DNA from: the human T2T-CHM13v2.0 reference genome, Homo sapiens
Strand: one strand, 5' to 3'
NCBI RefSeq assembly: GCF_009914755.1
Contig: NC_060936.1
DNA length: 64,000 bases
This document shows positions 1 to 14,200 of this stretch, in pieces. Positions within the stretch are counted from its first letter, which is position 1. Every line of letters begins with the position of its first letter. The notes under the pieces were generated by a model. That model searched no databases, was not told where the DNA came from, and saw only the letters and a program-made list of their open reading frames with translations. Made by a program: the position numbers and the translations under genes.

Positions 1-219
1 GTCCATAAACATGCATACATACACACAGACTTTCTCATCCTTATTCTCACAAATATACTTTTAGTGAAGATTATTTTAGAACATGGTATGATACAGTAAT
101 GATCCAAACAATGGCCTGACTGTCCTACTTGAATTGCTTGTATAATATAGTACGGCATTGGTGTCAACTGATATAGATTTAGATTTATACATTGAAATTA
201 ATATTATAAGAATGGTAAA

Positions 220-649
220 GATGCAGGATTTTTTGCTCCTTAGCTCAGCTAATCTAGGTTTTTGTCTCATGAACAGGAAGAATGAGGGATGCGGACACAA
301 TGAAGGGTGAGGAGGATAGAATTTATTAAGTGAAAAGAAAGTTCTCAGTAAAGACAGGGGGTCGTACAAGCAAGTTTCCACCCCCTCCCCAAAATGAATA
401 CCAGGGCCACCACACACGAGCTGAAGAGGCCAGGCTCTTCCCCTGCATAAGGCGTGGATTTCCGGTGGCTCCACCCCATTCCCCCAGTGCATGTGGGCTT
501 CCAGTCCACTGTGGGCATGCCCAGGCAAGAATCTGTGCAGGTTCCCTACGTGCACAAAACATCTAGTGTAAACACTTTTGGGGGTGGGATGGAGATTCTT
601 TGAGGACCCTTCCCTATCTGCCTAGGCCTTTCTCTGCTTCCTGCCTCTA
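220..649 (-). mobile_element. ERV1 solo LTR, MER61-like
   Basis: Minus strand reads TAGAGGCAGGAAGCAGAGAAAGGCCTAGGCAGATAGGGAAGGGTCC...GCCTGGGCATGCCC...AATAAA (tttatt 322-327)...GAGCAAAAAATCCTGCATC, resembling the recalled MER61 consensus. Confidence 0.75.
513..532. promoter_or_regulatory. p53-family response element inside the LTR (GGGCATGCCC AGGCAAGAAT)
   Basis: First decamer is a perfect RRRCWWGYYY; the second has an intact CWWG core with 2 flank mismatches; zero spacer. Confidence 0.55.
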
Positions 650-689
650 GGAGTAATAATACTAGTGAGAATACAAACTATGCTTGTTC

Positions 690-900
690 AAACACTACTT
701 TGTTATGTTATGACACAGTCATCCCACTTAATCCTTACAACACTCTATGAAGAGGTATTTTTATCCTATTTTGTAAATAAGGAAACTGAAACTTACCGTG
801 GTTAAGTAACAGGCTTAGGGCTACCCAACTGGGAAGTGTAGAATCGGGATTCAAACTCTGGTTTTCCAGACTACTCAGCCCTAGTTCTTCAACCCTATTC
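690..900 (-). mobile_element. MIR SINE
   Basis: aatccttacaacactctatga...aggaaactgaaa...ggttaagtaac...gggattcaaactc matches the reverse MIR core. Confidence 0.7.
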
Positions 901-1724
901 TAGTCTCATTGCTTTTCCTCAAGTTTCATCTGAATCCAGCTCTGCTTAACTAAATTGATGCTTGCATTTCCTTCTTAGGTCCCTAAATAGAAGTCCCTTG
1001 AATGCATTCCTGGAGCCTTTTCTGCCAGTGCTCTTTCCAGCAGGTGTCAGGATACCATTTTCCTTCTACCCTCCTCTTGAGGCCCTTGGCCAGCTCCCTG
1101 GACATCCCAGCTGACTCAGGACTCATGCCTCTCACTGGCACTGCCCACTGTGCCTCTTCTCTGCTCCTGAGTCTGGCCTTTCTAGAAAACTTTCAGTACT
1201 TTTGTTGTTGTTGCTGTTTGTTTGCTTGCTAGACTGCTCTTTTGCCTTCTGATCTGAGAAAGGCAGTTGGACTGTAGGGAGACTCCCTGGGCTGGGCAGT
1301 GGATCCCACACGCTCCCTCCATTCCCCACAGGGTTGAGTGGTTGCATTTTCTTTGTGTCTCCTCACTCTTCTGGTATATATTATTAGCTTATTTCTGTTT
1401 TCCCTTTTTTAAACTTTTAAAACAAATTCCAATCATCCAACTAAAACTTTTAGATAACTTTTACTCCTAAAGCTTAGGTCAAGCTTCTTTTTAAATGTCA
1501 TTTGAACACTAAGCATATTTTGAACTTTACAAAATAGGACTTTTTTTCTTGTTTAATTAAATATTTCAGCATAAAATGTTTTGAAGTTTAGAAAGGTTTA
1601 GAGAATAGTTATAAATACCTTTTAATATTTTTATAGTTTTATACTTTTTACCACCCAGCATTACAAAATCTTAAAACTTAGCCATATTTTTTTGAGTTTT
1701 TTGTTTTAAAGAGAGAAAGCATTA

Positions 1725-2570
1725 ACTCTTAATTCTGAAAATTGGTCTTTAAAAGGGAATAATCAAGTGTGCTACCCGACTTCCTGTTGTGAACTATATT
1801 TCAGGATAACTAAATAGCCCTTGTAGATGAAGAAAAATTTTTTAAGTGAAGAATTCAGTGTAATGCAATCTAACTTGACAAGTACCATTGTATATGCACA
1901 AATGAAGTCATCACTGCAGGCAACGATCATCAATGGATGAAACTATTAAATGAAAGGTTGTCAGGGACCATTGCAGTGGAGGAATGAGGCTGCCCCCATC
2001 TTTATCCATCTTCACCAATTTTGCCATTACTAAAACATAGTGTGCCTGCCAATATGGCACAATGGAAGTACACAGCATAACTTAGGAAGTGCTCTTGCAA
2101 AAAAAAAAAAAAACATTAAATCTGAATTTAACCAAATCTCACACATTGTTTCTGTGGGGAACATAGAAGGAGAAGAAACAAGTTAAATGGCAGCAGGAGA
2201 AAGCAAACAGAGAAATCCAGAATGGGAGGCAGTCCAGAGGACAGCTTGATCCATCTTTCATAACAAGGAAAATACGGAAAAAGTGTGTGTTAGGGAGTTC
2301 CAGGGTGATAAGGGAGAATGGAGTCCTGCTCTCCGTTTGAAGCAATTTAAGAGACATTAAAACAAAACTTAACCTGTGTGCCTTGCTTGGATCCTGATTT
2401 GTACAAGCTAGTGTCAAAAGATATTTTTGAGGCAATTGTGGAAATTTAATACGAATTATATATTTTAGGTGATAACAAAAGTTATAAATAATTCTGTTAG
2501 ATTGGATAACATTATGGTTGTATAAGAAAATGTCCATTTTAGAGATGACTACTGAATTAAAACCTTTACT
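1725..2570 (+). mobile_element. Old L1 3' region (L1MC-like)
   Basis: ggcaacgatcatcaatggatgaaactatt and ttggatcctgatttgtacaagctagtgtcaaaagatatttttgaggcaattgtggaaattt resemble L1MC 3'UTR. Confidence 0.55.
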
Positions 2571-2933
2571 TTAAAACATTTGCAATAAAATGTCACAGAT
2601 ACATTTGAGTTCCCTGAGTAAATGCTTTTCTGATCTGATTTTTCTACTTCCCCCACCAAAAATGTTTACTACCTGAACTTCAAGTTTAGTACTTCCGCCC
2701 ACATTTGTTTCTACTACGTTATGTGTATGTATCCTCACGTGATATACAGTATTAGTTTTCATAGCTTTAAACCTTCTGTATTAGGCTGTTCTTGCACTGC
2801 TATAAGGAAATATCTGAGAGCGGGTAATTTATTAAAAAAGAGGTTTAATTGGTTCATGGTCCTGCAGGCTGTACAGGAAGCACAGTGCATCTGCTTCTGG
2901 CCACAGGAAGCTTCCAATCATGGAAGAAGGTAA

Positions 2934-3309
<376 letters not shown>

Positions 3310-3402
3310 CCACACACTTTTAAGTTACCGCATCTCATGAAAACTCACTGATTATCACAAGAACGGCACCAAGGGGATGGTGCCAAACCATTCACGAGAA
3401 AT

Positions 3403-3766
3403 CCACATCATCCGTAATCCAATCACCTCCACATCATCCGTAATCCGATCACCTCCACATCATCCGTAATCCGATCACCTCCACATCATCCGTAATCCGA
3501 TCACCTCCACATCATCCGTAATCCGATCACCTCCACATCATCCGTAATCCGATCACCTCCACATCATCGGTAATCCGATCACCTCCGCATCATCCGTAAT
3601 CCGATCACCTCCACATCATCCGTAATCCGATCACCTCCACATCATCCGTAATCCGATCACCTCCACATCATCCGTAATCCGATCACCTCCACATCATCCG
3701 TAATCCGATCACCTCCACATCATCCGTAATCCGATCACCTCCACATCATCCGTAATCCAATCACCT
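3403..3766. repeat. Minisatellite/VNTR: 14 x 26 bp (CCACATCATCCGTAATCCGATCACCT)
   Basis: Counted directly, period 26. Units 1 and 14 have CCAATC; unit 7 has CATCGG; unit 8 has CCGCAT; the rest are identical. Confidence 0.97.
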
Positions 3767-3912
3767 CCCATCAGGCCCCAGCTGCAACACTGGGGATTGC
3801 AATTTAACTTGACATTTGGGCAGAGACAAATATGCAAACAATATCACCTTCCTCAAACAGCATGCTATAACATGTATGCTTGCATAATAAATATTTAAAA
3901 TATAAGATTACC

Positions 3913-4530
<618 letters not shown>

Positions 4531-5189
4531 TATTAATAGAATGACTTTTAATCACAGTTATTTGGAGATTTTCTCATATAGAGACTCAGGCTTTTAAATG
4601 CAGTTACCCAAAAGAAAGCATGTTGAAGAGTGAAAGAGCAATACATAATAAAATCAATAATACATAATACATAAACAATACATGATAATACATAAGCAAT
4701 ACATAATAAAATAAAACAAATACACAATCAAAGCCTACACATATTCCAAATTCCCTGGGTCATGGCATGAACGTGCTGCAGAGTCATTCTAATCTCAGCA
4801 CCTTTCCCATTTCTTAGCCTACACTGAACATCCTGAAATCAGGCAGCAATCAAGATTTAAACCAACCCCCTAAGGAGAGAGCACTGGTAATCTACAAAGG
4901 AAGACTAGAGGTCAGGAAAGACCAGATGGAATTAATACTGTGTGTCAAGAGCAAGAGCAAACCTCCTCAGCTTGTAAATTCTCTACGGGTCTCTCATCGT
5001 AGTTGTGGAGCTTGGTTGAGTGAAAGGCTGGGTGAGAAGCAAATGCAAATGTAACGAATACATTCATGGGCATGATGAATAGCCAAACCCAAGCTACTCT
5101 GACTTTGGAATGGTAGACTCACTTTATAGATCAACAGAAGCAATGAACAGTGAAGAGTAATTATTTTGCAAGAAATTATTATTAATTTC

Positions 5190-5960
5190 CATTATTTTAG
5201 ATGTACACGCAGTATTAAGAATAACACAAGTACCCACAACTGAAATTAAGAAACAAAGAATTATGATTATGGTTGAAAACACCCATAATGCTCTTATCTT
5301 GAACTTGAAGTTTATAACGCCCATGCAAGTCATTTGAATTTCATTGATAGGTTTGTGCCCCGACTGCACATAAGATAGGGATTTACATGCTGTAAAATGA
5401 CCTTCTATGGTGTGAATCATTCTACAATTGTTTTTTCCTTGAACAATATATTGTTTTTCCTTGAACAATGTATTTTTCAGAATCATATTTTATATATGTA
5501 ATTCTAGCTCATTCATTTTTGCTGCTGTCTAGAATTTTATGTGAATACACCACAGTTTCTGCATTTACCTGTTAAAGTGCATTTAGATCATTCCATTTCC
5601 TGCTATTGTGTTGCTATACATGTTTTCTGTGCACGTGTGCCAACATTTCTCTAGGGTGTATACCTAGAAGTACACTTTCTGTGTCGTAGGGGTGACGATC
5701 TTCAACTTTGCCAAATTGCTTCCTAAATTCATTGTCCAGTGTGCACCCTGCAGAGTATCTGACTGTATTGTTCCACATCTTAGTCAGCACTCGGTGGTGA
5801 CATATTTAAGCTTTTTCCTTCAATGTGATGGGTGTAACATGGTTTTATCAATGTGTTTTAAATTCATTCTTTCTAATTGTTGGCAGAGATTCAAGCTGCT
5901 TCTTTGGATTCCTTGTTCATATCTCTTGCCCATTATTTTTTCTATGGGATTGTTTTGTTG
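5190..5960 (-). mobile_element. Old L1 (L1ME-like) fragment
   Basis: gtaattctagctcattcatttttgctgctg...atttctctagggtgtatacctagaagt...ttgttccacatcttagtcagcact. Confidence 0.55.
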
Positions 5961-6376
5961 TGAGTATATATATGTGAGTGTGTCTGAACATTTGTGTAAT
6001 CTGTAGGAACTCCTTATAATTGTGGGAAATTTATACAAATTTTATTCAGCCCAAAAATTGTTTTAATTTATCCCAAAGCCACGGTAGCCTATTATACTAC
6101 TCCATCTTCTTCTCCCTGTCCAACATGAAAGAAAACAGAAAGGCATTTCAAAACAGGTCCTGAAGCAGCCTGCCCTCCCCAAAGTTCTAATGCTTTCCTT
6201 GACCTCTGTAGTAACAAATAGGGAGAAATTGCCAGAACTCAGACATATGTATTCTTAATAGTTTTATTGGGACATAATTGACATACGATATGTTTCAAAT
6301 CCAAGAAAACAATTTGAGAATTTTTGACATATATATACACTGACGAAACTAACATCACAATCAAGATAATGAACCT

Positions 6377-6473
6377 GGCCAGGTGCAGTGGCTCACACCT
6401 GTAATCTCACCACTTTGGGAGGCTGAGGCAGGAGGATCACTTGAGCCCAGGAGTTCAAGGCTGCAGTGAGCTA
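6377..6473 (+). mobile_element. FLAM / Alu monomer fragment
   Basis: ggccaggtgcagtggctcacacctgtaatc...ggatcacttgagcccaggagttcaaggctgcagtgagcta. Confidence 0.8.
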
Positions 6474-6880
6474 GGACTATGCTTAAAATTTTCTCACTCC
6501 CTTCTCCAGGCAATCACAGATCTGCTTCCGGCCACTATCAATTTGTTTTTGTTTTATTGAATGTAGAATTACACAGTATTTTATTGAATGTAGAATTAAA
6601 CAGTATGCACTCTTTTGTCTTGTTTCTTTCACTCAGCAAAATTACTTTGTAACTCATCTGTGTCTTTAAGTGTATCACTAGTTCATTCCTTTTCATTGCT
6701 GAGTAGTATTCCATTATATGGATATTCTACAGTTTATCAATTTGTCTGTTGCTGGTCATTCAGAATGTCTCCAGTTTGGGAGTATTAAAAATAAAGCTGC
6801 TAAAAATATTCATGTACAGTCTCTGTATGGAGACTGATCTATCTATCTGTCTACCCACCTACCTATTCATATATATGTAT

Positions 6881-6921
6881 ACACACACACACACACACAC
6901 AGAGGCACACACACAGACACA
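6881..6921. repeat. (CA)n microsatellite, interrupted
   Basis: Seen directly. Confidence 0.9.
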
Positions 6922-7078
6922 TGTATATATGTACATTCCTTTTTCTTGAGTAAATATTTTGGAGTGAAATGGCTATATCATATGGTAGTGTATGTTCAAG
7001 TTTTTTTTTTTTAAGTGCTAAAAGATTCTCCAAAGTGATTATACCATTTTGCATTCCCATCTCCTGTGTATGGTATGA

Positions 7079-7429
<351 letters not shown>

Positions 7430-8829
7430 CGTTCTTTCTTAATTTTGCCATTCCAGTGGGTATGTAGTGGCATATTATTGCGGTTTTCATTTGATTTGCA
7501 TTTGCCTGATGGCTAATGATATTGAGCAGCTTTTCATGTGTTTATATTCCATCCATAGATCTCCTCTGGTGAAGTATGTGTTCACATATTTTTTTCCACT
7601 TATTATTAGGTTGTTTGTTTTCTTATTATTGAGTTTTGAGAGTACTTCATAATATTCTGAATTCAAGTCCTTTATAAGATATGTGTTTGACAAATATTTT
7701 CCCCCAACCTGTAACTGTCTCTTCATTTTCTTAATATTGTCTTTTGAAGAAATTTAATTCATCCATTTGTTCTTTTGTGAATCCTGCTTTTGATATCATA
7801 TCTAAGGAATCTTTGCCCAGCTCAAGATCACAAAGGTTTTCTCTTATGTTTTCTTCCAGAATTTTTATAGTTTTAAATTTTACACTTAGTTATGGCATGC
7901 TTCCTGAATTAATTTTTGTTTATGATGTATGGTATGGATTGACGTTAATTTTATTTTTGCTTTGGATATCCAATTGTTTCTGCACCATTTGTTGAAGAGA
8001 CGATACTTTCTCCAGTGAATTGTCTTTGCACCTTTGTTGCAAATCAGTTGCTTGCCTATGTGTGGGTCTATCTCCGGACTTTCTGCTCTGTTCCACTGAT
8101 CTATTTGCTTATCTTTACACCATTATGACACTCTCTTGATTATGGCTGCTTAATAGAAAATAAGACTTGAAATCAGGTAGTGTGAGAAGATGCTTCCCAT
8201 GACTTCACATAGATTTGAGATCTCAGCATAACTCCCATAGTATAAATATGACATTTCCTCATGATACACAAGGGTAAATGAAGATAGAGGGGCAGGTCAG
8301 CTGAAGTAGAAGCAACAGTCAACGACCATGAGGGCAGCCTGGAATCTTTTTGCTGACCAATCTCCCCTTTGGCTAGCATTGAACAACCAGTTCCAAATCC
8401 TTGCTCTCTCTGAGGAGCTGACTGCCACCCTTCAGTCAACACATTCCTAATTACACTTCAGCCATCTAGTTGCAACGGCTTTCCAGGCTGCCTTCCTGAA
8501 TCATCCTGGTAGCCTTGAGTATCCCCTAACGTCTGTCCACATTTCTAGGTTGTCTTTGGGTTTCCTTAGCTTAGGGATAATGGTCTTTCGTTTTGATGTT
8601 TCTTCTTAATTTCATTCTTAAAGCTCCAGGGATGCCCACATGTCACTCCCAAATCTGAACACAAGATAATGTTAGAATGTCTAATCAGTTACTGAGGATC
8701 AGTAACTTTTATTTTAGATGTTCCACAAAGTGATAAGGTTTCAACAGTCCTTAGACATTTTAGTTCCTGGGGGAACCACACTAGCATCTCATATGCTCAC
8801 TTAAGAGCAGAGCATCTAAGACTGGAACA

Positions 8830-8950
8830 TCAATTAGTCATTTATTAGTGATGTTTGAGCACCTGCTGTACGCCATGCCTTAAGCTTGTGCTATGAGAAT
8901 GAAGAAATTGATACAATGTAGTCTCTGTTCTCAAGATGCTTCAAATCTAA
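8830..8950 (-). mobile_element. L2 3' fragment
   Basis: catttattagtgatgtttgagcacctgctgtacgcca...gtctctgttctcaagatgcttcaaatcta. Confidence 0.5.
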
Positions 8951-10701
8951 TATATTCCACACCTTCATGGCCCAAGGCCACTTAAAGATTCTAGCTATGG
9001 ATCAATATAATCTAGATTTCAGAGCCCAAATCTATAATTTCTCCTCTGGTAAGATTGTTGCCATCACTGGGAAGGAGTAGGAGGCATTTTCTGTGTCAAG
9101 TCAGGCATTCTAATTCAAGAATAGTAGGATTTGGTTGACAAAGACAAGCTCAGAAAAAGAATAAAGCACCTGGACAGGACCAGATGCCGGAAGCAGAGGC
9201 CAAGCCCTTGAAGGAGTCACATAAGGTCAGTGAACATTTATCAGAAAAGAACAGAGACAGAATAGGGAGTAAATGGATGAAGACTTGTCTTTACCTCTTG
9301 ACTGGGGAAGGTGTATGTGCGGGAGAGAGTGGGTGAAACTGAATTTGAGCCTCAAGGTTAAAAGTTCAGTTGGTATTACCTTTCCCACTGGGAGGGCTCA
9401 CTGAGGCAGGGAGAGTCCAGACATGTCCCAAAGGAATGAAATGAATCATTGTGCAGTTGCCTATCTTCTATGATAAATGTAGGTTTTGCACACCTCATTA
9501 AGAATATTTCACAAAAGGTAGAGACACAAGGTCCCTGCCAAATAAAGCAGTTCTTTAAAAGCCATTGCCCAGCCAAGGTGCATCATGAGGGTAGACTGGA
9601 GATTGAAAGGGGATGTCTCTGGTCCTGGACTGGGAAGGGGAAGGTGCGGTGTTCCATGCTCCAGGACAATGGAAGAGCCTTCCGACCACACTCTGGTTGG
9701 GGGTGCTGGGGAGTTAGGAGATGGCATCAGGCTTCCATAACGATGGAGACCTGGAAATTTATCTGCAGCCGGGAGAAGCTATCCAAGGCACAGAGCAAGG
9801 GGAGTGGGCTAACCTAACTGCAGTGGAGATTTGGGAGTTGCCTAGGTCCCAAAGGGAAACAAATGCTGCCGGGAGGCCAATAGGAAGGAGTGGGACGGGT
9901 GGGAGTAGGGTGGCCTCACCTGTGGGCTCCATGGCTTGTAGCCAAGGTGGTGTGATTGCCAGGGCCCGGGAAGACCTCCTGCCTGAAATAGTATTTTCCA
10001 CCCCTCAACTATAGCCTAATATTCTTTTAAAGTGGGGCACAGACTTCACTTCATAATTAGAACTAAGGCTTATAATCAAAGTATCCCTAGGAGAGCTGAG
10101 TTCACTGGATGTTTTCTTAAGAGTAGTGTTGGAGGAAAGCACAGTTATACAATTCTGATGGAAGAGGGAAAAATGCACAGGAAAAGGGGATGGGGGTCTG
10201 GGAGGCAGATTCCAGGGTTCTCAGTGGCCAGCCTGATGTCATGACAGTTAAGGCTGCCAGATTTGGCCAAACAAACACCAGGATGCTCAGTTCGATTTAT
10301 CTGAAATTGAAACTTAATGGGGGACCTGTTTTTTATCTGTCAACCCCAGGCCAGTGGGACGTTCACTGTCATTCCCCTACTGAACCCCTCCACAATGCTT
10401 GCCTTGTGGATTCCCTGAGCCCTCACTTGGGTATGTGAGGACAGCTGGGAAGAGGCTGCAGAATGGAGGCAACAGAACCACAATACATAGGGAAGAAGAT
10501 ACCTCACTGAGACTTAGAAATGTAAACTTCTTAAGGACCCACACTCTTGTCATTTTTCTCTGCATTCTAAGTACCTTGCATAATGCCTAGTACAAAGCAG
10601 GTTGCCTGATACAGGTATGTTGAAATTCTTTTTAAGAGGCAATAATTAGTAGTAACAGTCACAAACATGTACATAATGCATATTCCACCTGGGCTCTCTT
10701 C

Positions 10702-11228
10702 TTTTTTTTTTTTTTTTTTTTTAACTTTTGTTTTAAGATCCAGGGTACATGTGCAGATTTGTTAAACGTCTGCCATGTAAACATCTGCCATGGAGGTTTG
10801 CTGCACAGATCAACCCATCATCCAGGAATTAAGCCCAGCATCCATTAGCTATTCTTCCTGGTGCTCTCCCTCCCTTCGCCCTCTGCACTACCCCCAGCCC
10901 GCCAACAAGCTGTGTGTGTTGTTCCCCCCATGTGTCCATGTGTTTAAAATAGTTTCTTCTAATTCTGTAAACAATATCAATGACAGTTTAATGGGAATCT
11001 ATAAATTACTTTGGGCAGTATGGCCATTTTTACTATATTGATTCTTCCTATCCATGAGCATGGAATGTTTTCCCATTTGTTTGTGTCCTCTCTGATTTCT
11101 TTAATCAAGGTTTGTATTTCTCCTTGAAGAGGTCCTTCGCTTCCCTTGTTAGCTGTATTCTTAGGTGTTTTATTCTCTTTGTAGAAATTGTGAATGGGAG
11201 TTGATTTATGGTTTGGCTCTCTGCTTGC
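10702..11228 (-). mobile_element. L1P (older L1PA) with internal deletion, inserted in a MIR tail
   Basis: Poly-T and 3'UTR (gggtacatgtgcagatttgtt) at 10702-10944 joined directly to an ORF2 piece encoding [36 protein letters not shown]. Confidence 0.88.
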
Positions 11229-14200
11229 AACCAGGCTGTCTTCTAAGTGCTTTAGTGAAAAGCTGAGATGACGCCTCTGAACGACGTCGTACAAGAGACC
11301 TAGAAAGGACTTGTGCTAGTAGAAGAAGGAACTCTTGATATTGCTTTTTACTTAAGTGGGTTCCCTAATTATTAGTGTGTAATCCTTCTTCTTAGGAGTG
11401 GGTAGGCTATCCATGCCTCATGCTAGTCTTCCATTCAACTCCTCCTCCTCCAAAAACCAAAAGCACAGACAAAGTCAGTTACATTATAGATTCTCCCCTA
11501 CCTTCCCTCTGCAGCTGTTCCCACCTCCAGACTTCCCCGACACCCAACGCCCCACTCAGCAGACCCACCCCACCATCCAGAGTGCAAACCCATTACACTG
11601 AGTGCAGAGCCACCCATTGTTAAGGGAGGAAATCATTTTTGAAATAAGTTCGTAATGCTTTTCCTAAATATAGATGATATGGGGTTCCAGAGGAATTGGA
11701 TTATTCAGGTTCTTCTTGCCTTCCTTCACACAGAGAGTGCCCCAAGCTTGGCTGTGTTCTCATAGAAACAGGCAAACAGAGAAGGCAAAGGATTCAATAA
11801 TGAACCATGAGCATCTCTAGCCTGGCATGTACTGGCTTTAGATTTGCCAAACAGAACACTTGGAAAGCCTGGCTCCACTACATCTATCAAAGTTGGGCCA
11901 GGGAAGCCCCCAGACAATTTGAAGGTTGGAGAAAGTAGGTTTGGTACAACTGCTGCTACTTTTCTTTTTTTCACACGATTTGGTTTTTTAGACAGAATCT
12001 CAAATGGCCCTCTTCACCCCGCCACCGTCATCCCACCCCCACCCGACTGTAATCTCCATGTGGAGAGAAGTGGCCACACATGGTTCCGATTCATTTGCGT
12101 TTAACTCATCAAAATATTGTTTAGTCAAAATCCCTCTCTGTCCAAGGAGTCTTTTATGAGCTGACGGGATAAGCCTGGCTTAAGTCTGTTGTTGTAATTG
12201 GGGAGTTCTGTTTTTTTTTTTTCTTTTCTTTGAACTGAGGAGCTGCTAGTTCCAAGCCAGCCCTAACCCAAAGCAGGCTGGAAAAGCTGTATTTGTTATT
12301 TACTTGCTGGATTGGTTCTTTAATTCTGGAATCCAGTCAGCTCCGGCACATGCCCTAGTTGGTGAAAAGTATTCTCTAAGTTGTTTTCAAGGCATCATTC
12401 TGGTCCAGTCAGCAAGACTGTGAATCCACGAGCTCTTCCTGCAAGGGTTACCTAGACTCTTGTTTCTGCTTCACTTTTGCTGATGCTATCCTAGACCAGG
12501 CCAGGGTCTTTCCTCCCTGTGGAACTCAATGGATTCCTGACCCACGTTGTTCCTCTCCTGTAGAATTCACTGGCTTCTGGACATACACAAATCCTCATGC
12601 TGCAGAGTAAGCTTCCTATGCCCTTGCTCTGACCATGCCACTGTCCTTCACATACCCCACGTGGCACTTCTTAAACAGGCATGCATCTATGATTGAGGAA
12701 TACATGGTTGAGTCCCAGGGACTGAGCAAAGTCAGAGACAAACATGGAACATTTCCCTGAAAACATCAACCTACTCAAAAATCGAGGAGAGTGCTGCTGT
12801 CTTATCTTTCAAAGCCCTACAGAAATATGGAGTTGACTACAAAATTATAAATTCTGAAAATAAAACACGTGTCTTCAGGGAAATTTTAAGCTTGACACTA
12901 CTTTGGAGTAAATCCCTAGGTCCCCAGGAGTGATCTATTTATTGCCTGCCACCATTAGTGTATGCGGGTAAAAGTTTGAGAAGGCCTGGAGTAGAGTAGC
13001 CCAAGCCCTCAATTTGTCTTTCAAGGCCCAGTGCCTTCCTTCCCCCAAACCCTGTCCGATCTGTCACCTACATGTACCTTATTCTCTAGATAAATGGGGC
13101 AATTCATCATTCTCCAACACACTCCCCCCTTAGACATTTGTTTTTTTATAACCAGAATGCCTTTAAATTTCCCTGTCTTTGCCCAACTGAAATCCAGATC
13201 TAATGCCAGATCCATTTTTCTTTCCATTATAAATGCATTATTTTTGTACTTCAAAGTCCTAGTCATGGTGCTAGGATTTCAAGGAATACTGCTGGAGAGA
13301 TGGTTGATTGAACACAATTCCTGAGCCCTTGAGCTATACAGAAAGCAATAGAACATTTCTCTGCTTAGAAAGCAGGAAACCAGGACAGGATGGTGCTAAG
13401 TGGAGACTGTAAAGCACTTTCTTAGCACTACTTTTTTCTTCAACTTCAATAGGTACAAAGTTTTGTTTCTAGAGTGAGGAAGCAAAGATTGGGGTGTGGA
13501 CAGGGACTAAAAGGAGGGGCACAGCTCTTTCTAGATGGAGCTCATGATGCAAAAACTAGGGAGAAAGATGGATGAAATGAACTGCAAATTGGAAATTTGC
13601 AAACATGTTTATTTCCTCCAACACAAAATATATTTTTTAAATTTGGGAATTTCAAATAAAAATCTGGAATTCATGATACTGTTGGAAAACCATATTGACT
13701 GGGGCATCTGCCTGGCCTCCCTGCCTGTCTCAGAGCCATCTGGAGATACGGCACGAACTCTGTTTCGCTGCGGTTCCCACCACTGCTCCACATAGGCAGA
13801 CACAGTGGCCTCCCATGTGTGCATTTTGATTTGCTGCTGGGCTGCAGAGGATGGGCAGAAACAGTTACAAATTCCAGCTTCGGGTCCACAGGTAAACATT
13901 CTGAGGGGATGCCAGAGATTGCATAGTGATTGGTTAGAGACAAAGGCAAAAGCCTTGTTGGAGGAGGGTATTGGAAGAGCCCTTTTTGCACTAAGGCATT
14001 CAGTCTCTTTATTTTAGAACTTCTCTCTGCAAAAAGCATCACACGCATATGGTGTCGTCCAAGGAAGAGTCCCCAGGCTCTAAGCTGCATCTCGGCACTA
14101 GCATATCCGCAGTGTTCTCCCTGCTTCATCTCTGGTGCCCAACCTCTGTTCCCTTCAAAGCCCCTTTCTTGTCTCCCCTCACTTGATTTTCCCCAGTGTC

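Noticed and set aside
3403-3766. The 26-bp array as a CRISPR array or a coding repeat
   Set aside because: No unique spacers, eukaryotic LTR context, and a unit length that is not a multiple of 3.
6552-6605. 27-bp imperfect tandem duplication (similar small ones near 5429-5470 and 10764-10791)
   Set aside because: Diverged and inside old L1 sequence; ordinary slippage with no functional hint.
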